A DNA stretch of 64,000 bases from Heteronotia binoei (lineage: Eukaryota), in contig NC_083227.1 in assembly GCF_032191835.1 (NCBI RefSeq), positions 60,140,001 to 60,204,000 of the forward strand. Reading direction: 5' to 3'. Shown here in pieces: positions 59,036-64,000 of this stretch; within the stretch, counting starts at the first letter, position 1; every line of letters starts with the position of its first letter. Position numbers and translations under genes: made by a program. The notes under the pieces were generated by a model, which had not been told where the DNA came from, did no database searches, and saw only the letters and a program-made list of their open reading frames with translations.

Positions 59036-60828
59036 AGGTGCTACTGAACTCTTACTTTATTCTGTTGCTAAGTCTGGTTAGGGAAATTTTTGGAGATTTT
59101 GGGGTGGAGTCTGGGGATGGCTGAGTTTGGGGAAGGGAAGGAGCTCTGCTGCCATAGAGCCCAATTTCCAAAGCTGTCATTTTCCCCAGGGGAATTGATC
59201 TCTGTGTTCTGAATATCAGTCATTGTTTGGGAAAAATTCCAGGTTGGAGGCTGCAGCCCTAGATAGCTCAGAGAAAGTAGTAGCACAGTGCACATTTATG
59301 TGCAGTCAGGTGTGCCAGTTCTGAAATGATGTGTTTTTCCTGAAATGTCCTGGCAGCAGGATATTGGAGTGAAGAAAGCAGAATTAGTATGCTGTTAAGT
59401 ATAGGGGGAAATTGAAATAATTTGAAATAAGGGGGTGGAGGAGGACCCAATAATGTTTCAAGCTCAGGGACACAAAATTCTAGTTATGCCACTGTTTGGT
59501 GGAAGTGGCTAGATGATTTCTCAGTTGCAGTGGTGTTAAATATTGGTAGCAGGACCATCTTCCTTTAGTTTTATAGTGGTGTTAAATACTGAAAATAGGT
59601 TCATCTTGCTTTACAATTCAGGTGGGTTTCTTGCCTACTGGAATGATTCATGATAGTAATGTAAATCCATTTTTGTTATTCTGTGTTGTTATTATTACAA
59701 TAAGAAGTAGGCAATCTTAAGTATAATATATATTTATCATAAGTATAAGGAGGACAGGGCATAATTAATAGAAATTTAAGCTGACACATTCAAGCTTCCC
59801 TGTTTCTAAGTAAAGGACAAATACAAATGTCACCAGCTTTACCTCTTGAGCTAGGAATAGTATATGTTATAAATAGGAATGGATACTATGTTCAATTATG
59901 GCACAAGACTTTCTTGTCCATCCCTTCCCCCTTGAATGGAAAAACTGTGGTCATGGTATCTGCTCAGGGCAGTCTATTATTTAAATAGAGGATAGCTGAC
60001 CTGGGATAGTTTGCGCAATCCTCAAAACTACCTTTGAAATAAATGTCTCAGTGTGCTAGCTAATATTTATGTTCTGTGAAGCCAAGAAAAGCAAGGGCTG
60101 GCATTCCTTCTGCAGCAGAGAGAGCCCTGCCAAGTAAGCCACCTGGAGTTCATCATGTGACTGCCTTTTAGCACCCCCCCCCCCTTCAGTCTTTTTTCCA
60201 GGAATGGCTGTCGCTCTGTTCCAGATAAGTTGTAAGCTATCCATGATATGTTGCCATTTGTGGACCATACCAGATAATGTATCCCATTCTTTCCTGCATT
60301 TTCATACTACTGACTGTTTTAGGGCTAGCAGCCAAAGATTTCTTTTTGCGGATGGTCTTCAGAAAGTTAAGAAATGATCATTATTTCTATTACATTATTT
60401 TACTTCAGTTGGTGGTAAAGAAATCAGTGGAGCTTTTCATGATTCTTCTTAGTGATGGAGTGTGATGTAGTAGTTAGAGAACTGGACTAGGCTCTGGGAA
60501 ACCTAGGTTTGACTCCTCACTCTGCCACAGAAATCTGCTGGGTGCCCTTAGGTCTAAGGTCTTAGTCTAAACTATCTCACAGCATTGCGGTGGGGAGTAT
60601 AACATGGAGGGGGAAAAACATCCCCTGCTAGGCTTGTTTTGGTGTTGGAGCTCTTTCCCCCTGATGCTTTCGTCCGATTTCACACAAGCTGCCATGCTGC
60701 AGTGACTTGGCCCGCCTCTTTCCTGCTTGCCATGGGAAAGAGGTAGGCCAAGTCACAGTCGTGGGTCAGCTTGTGTGAAATCAGATGGAAGCTCAGGGGA
60801 AAAAGAGCTCCGACTCCAAAACAAGCCT

Positions 60829-61348
60829 TAGGGTTGCCAAGTCCAATTCAAGAAATCTCTGGGGACTTTGGGGGTGGAGCCAGGAAACTTTGGGGGTGGG
60901 GCCAGGAGACATGGGGGCGGAGCCAGGAGTAAGGGTGTGACAAACATAATTGAACTCCAAGAGAGTTCTGGCCATCACATTTAAAGGAACAGCACATCTT
61001 TTAAAATGCCTTCCTTCCATAGAAAATAATGAAGGATAGGGGCACCTTTTTGGGGGGCTCATAGAATTGGACCCCCTGGCCCAATCCTTTTGAAACTTGG
61101 GAGGTATTTTGGGGCGAGGCACTAGATGCTATACTGAAAATTTGGCGCCTCTATCTCAAAAAACAGCCCCCCCCCAGAGCCCCCAATACCCGCAGCTCAA
61201 TTCCCCATCATTCCCTATGGGACTCATTCATGGAGGTGCATAATGGCTTTGGGGGCGGGGCTTCCCCCGCCGGCCAGCTGGCTGGGGGAGGGGGGAAGCC
61301 TGTAAAACCGGGGGATCCCCCGCTGGGCCCTGGGGATTGGGAAGCCTA
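60829..61348. mobile_element. hAT element (TAGGGTTGCCA family) nested in a palindromic MITE
   Basis: A perfect 8-bp TSD ACAAGCCT lies at 60821-60828 and 61349-61356. The host MITE lies at about 60625-60828 and 61357-61375. Confidence 0.9.
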
Positions 61349-61908
61349 ACAAGCCTAGTGGGAAATCGGTCACAGTGTTATAAGGTCCTTGGGGCTCCAC
61401 GAGGGAGAAAAGCACAATAGCAATCCTCAACATGGCCAAATCCATGGATATTTGAATCCAGAAACTGGAGCCATGGACAGACAAGACAGATCTTTCTACA
61501 ACCCTGAAAAATGCTCCAGGTTTTCAGGAAATATGAAATCTTTAAAAAAACAAAAACAAAAAAAAAACAATGGAGGGTTAACCCCCCCTCCAATAATAGT
61601 ACCTGAAACTTTAAGAAGTGAGTGCCATCAGTAGCCATTGCTTAAGCATCCACAATAGCATTGCCACCCTTCAAGTCTTGGTTTCTGTCAGTCAAAAGTA
61701 GGGGGAGGGGCAGATCATTTTCTAAAGCTGTTTTGGGCTTTGAGGAAGGATTCATTGGGGCCTGGCTTGGCAGCAACCACTAGGTGACTTGATACTATGC
61801 AAGCAGCCTGTCCTGACTCACTCAGGACATGCTGCTTACTAATCTTCAGTAGCAGCCACATCACAAAAGTCAGTGTGGTGTAGCAGTCAGAGTTTCAGAC
61901 TAGGATAG

Positions 61909-62113
61909 GAGGGATGGTGGCTCAGTGGTAGAGCATCTGCTTGGTAAGCAGAAGGTCCCAGGTTCAATCCCTGGCATCTCCAAAAAAGGGTCCAGGCAAA
62001 GGTGTGAAAAATCTCAGCTTGAGTCCCTGGAGAGCCGCTGCCAGTCTGAGTAGATAATACTGACTTTGATGGACCAAGGGTCTGATTCAGTATAAGGCAG
62101 CTTCATATGTCCA
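61909..62113 (+). mobile_element. tRNA-derived SINE (Squam2/Anolis SINE2-like) inserted in a MIR-like SINE
   Basis: A box TGGCTCAGTGG and B box GGTTCAATCC, followed by a body and the tail ggtctgattcagtataaggcagcttcatatgtccatatg. Confidence 0.85.
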
Positions 62114-63104
62114 TATGGGAGATGCAGGTTTGAATCCCCACTTTACTGCGGAAGATCACTGAGTGACCTTGGAGCAGTCACAGATTTTCAGCTTAATTAT
62201 GAAGATAATTATGTGGACTTATTTGGGTCCCCTTTTTGAAGAAAGACAAAGTATACACGAAGTATAATAAATATAGCTGAAGATGGTGGGGCAGATAAAT
62301 GGTGAGTGGGTGGGAAGAAGAGAAGGAAGCAGGAAAAGAGGACTGACTCTGGGGGCTTTCAGGGAAGTGAGATGAAATAGTGTGTATGGGGATTAAATGC
62401 TCCCATAAGTCCTTGTGACTATCCCACTTTGAATAAATAGACAAATGACAACACTCACTTATTTGGTGAGCTTGGCTGCAACCTATAATTTCACCTCAGT
62501 GACAGGGATGATGGATCTGCTAGGTCTGAAAAACTGCAAAAAGTTCTCCTTTCAAGAGCATTCTTTACTCCTTTAGGAATCAACTTCTGCAAGATGTTTC
62601 TTCCAAGATTTGTGCCCAAATTCCTTTGTGTTGCCCTTTTCCAGATGTAAATGCCTCTGCTTCTTTTCCTTTTAGACATTTTAACACATCGTGAAACTAA
62701 CCTCAATCAAAAGTTCCTGAAATGTGTTCTGTAATTGTGTAAACACCAGGCTTATCGTGAAGCAACATGAAGCAAAGCAGTCGCCTCAGGCAGTGGCTTC
62801 CACAGGGAGTGTAATTTTCCTGCTGCCGCTCTCCAATTCTATGTATCTTCTTTTAAAATAAAAACGCTGTATCCCAGAGCATGGGGGAGGGGGCTCATTC
62901 TGATTTTCACATCTTGTGCAAAAATGTTTAAGAATGGCTCTTCAAGGAAAGATGGCTATTTAGTGATAGCCATGTGCCCAGAGTGAGCTGGCATAGTCTT
63001 AGCCAAAGAAGCCTTGGTACACATTAATGCTTGCTATAATCTTCAATACACCTGTCAGGGCAGAACATATTGTTGATCTCAGTGGAATTAAACATGTATG
63101 GTCA

Positions 63105-63305
63105 TGGAAAATGCCGTCAAGTCACAACTGACTTATGGCAACCCTGGAGGGTTTTCAAGGCAAAAGACTTCAGAGGTGGCTTGCCATTGCCTGCCTCTGT
63201 ATCGTAACCCTGGTATTCCATGGATGTCTCCCCTCTAGATAGTAGCCAGAGCTGACCCTGCTTAGCTTCCAAGAATTGACAAGATGGGGCAAGTAGGGGC
63301 TATTG
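63105..63305 (-). mobile_element. 5S-Sauria SINE
   Basis: gctgaccctgcttagcttcc (5S-like) plus ggtggcttgccattgcc and gtcaagtcacaactgacttatggcaaccc. Confidence 0.75.
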
Positions 63306-64000
63306 AGGTCAGAACAAACATGAACAAACAACACCTGAAGGAAGGCTTTCTTCCATGTTAGGCTTTCTCCAACATTCAAGTACTGAGATGGGCCACAGGT
63401 TACTTCCTGATGGATGGTAGCAATAAGCAAAACAGTAAACATTTCAAAAAGGAACTCAAAGGGGGAAGAGAAGCAGAGTTAAATCTTGTAACCCCAAATG
63501 CGGGTAGAGTATTGGAGGCCCATTACACACGGACATCTTACTGCAGATTTTCAGAGCAGTAAGCCTTTATTTTCTACTTCTGATTCTGTGTCTGCCTCAT
63601 GCACTGTTCTTTTTTCTCCAGGATATTTATTCTGTAGCTACAATTTTTTAAAATGCTCTTTTCTAAATTGAGGTGGAACATCATCTGTGATGTAGGGAGT
63701 AGCATCCACAGTTTTTTAAAATTTATACAGTTGCCCTATTGCAGCTGTGTTGTAGCATCCAGCAAATGCCTTCCATTGAAATTCCTGTGGGTTCAGGTTT
63801 TGCACATGCATTTTAGCATCAGTTCATTGAATGAAAAGGAACAGAAAGGAACACAGGCAAAGGGCAGAAACCCACTTTTGAAATTTACTAGACTTTTTCT
63901 GAAACTGACAAGCAGCTGTGAAGTTGTTTCTATACTGCTGAGCACTAGGGGATTCTCTGCTGTGTTCTTGGCCACTGTAAAAAATGGGAAAGAGTCACAC

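Noticed and set aside
61911-61981. tRNA-like cloverleaf with a GGT anticodon loop, ending in CCA
   Set aside because: It continues into a SINE body and LINE-type tail, the acceptor stem is imperfect, and a decayed relative lies at 6905-7110. It is a SINE head, not a tRNA gene.
1-64000. CRISPR arrays, operons or other prokaryotic or viral systems
   Set aside because: There is no regular repeat-spacer array or dense gene block. The window is vertebrate repeat-rich DNA throughout.

Overview
This is squamate (lizard, probably gecko) nuclear DNA, judged from Sauria, Squam3-like and 5S-Sauria SINEs plus CR1, RTE, L2, L1 and Penelope retroelements. It is mostly non-coding and transposon-rich, with one N gap at 30449-30644. 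I recognise no known host gene. One possible orphan spliced ORF (119 aa, 9560-13432) and a few repeat-poor enhancer-like blocks are present. The best-supported elements are a doubly deleted Ty3/Gypsy provirus (22449-25696, minus strand), an RTE LINE with a 65-bp target duplication inside a CR1, Penelope-like pieces with hammerhead-ribozyme motifs, and many hAT MITEs with 8-bp target-site duplications (TSDs). The most unusual object is a 1151-bp non-coding element (44439-45589) with ~335-bp terminal inverted repeats, TG...CA ends and a perfect 5-bp TSD. A second recurring signal is that Penelope-derived fold-back inversions pivot on the putative hammerhead stem II at three loci. All family names come from recalled consensus features, not database searches.
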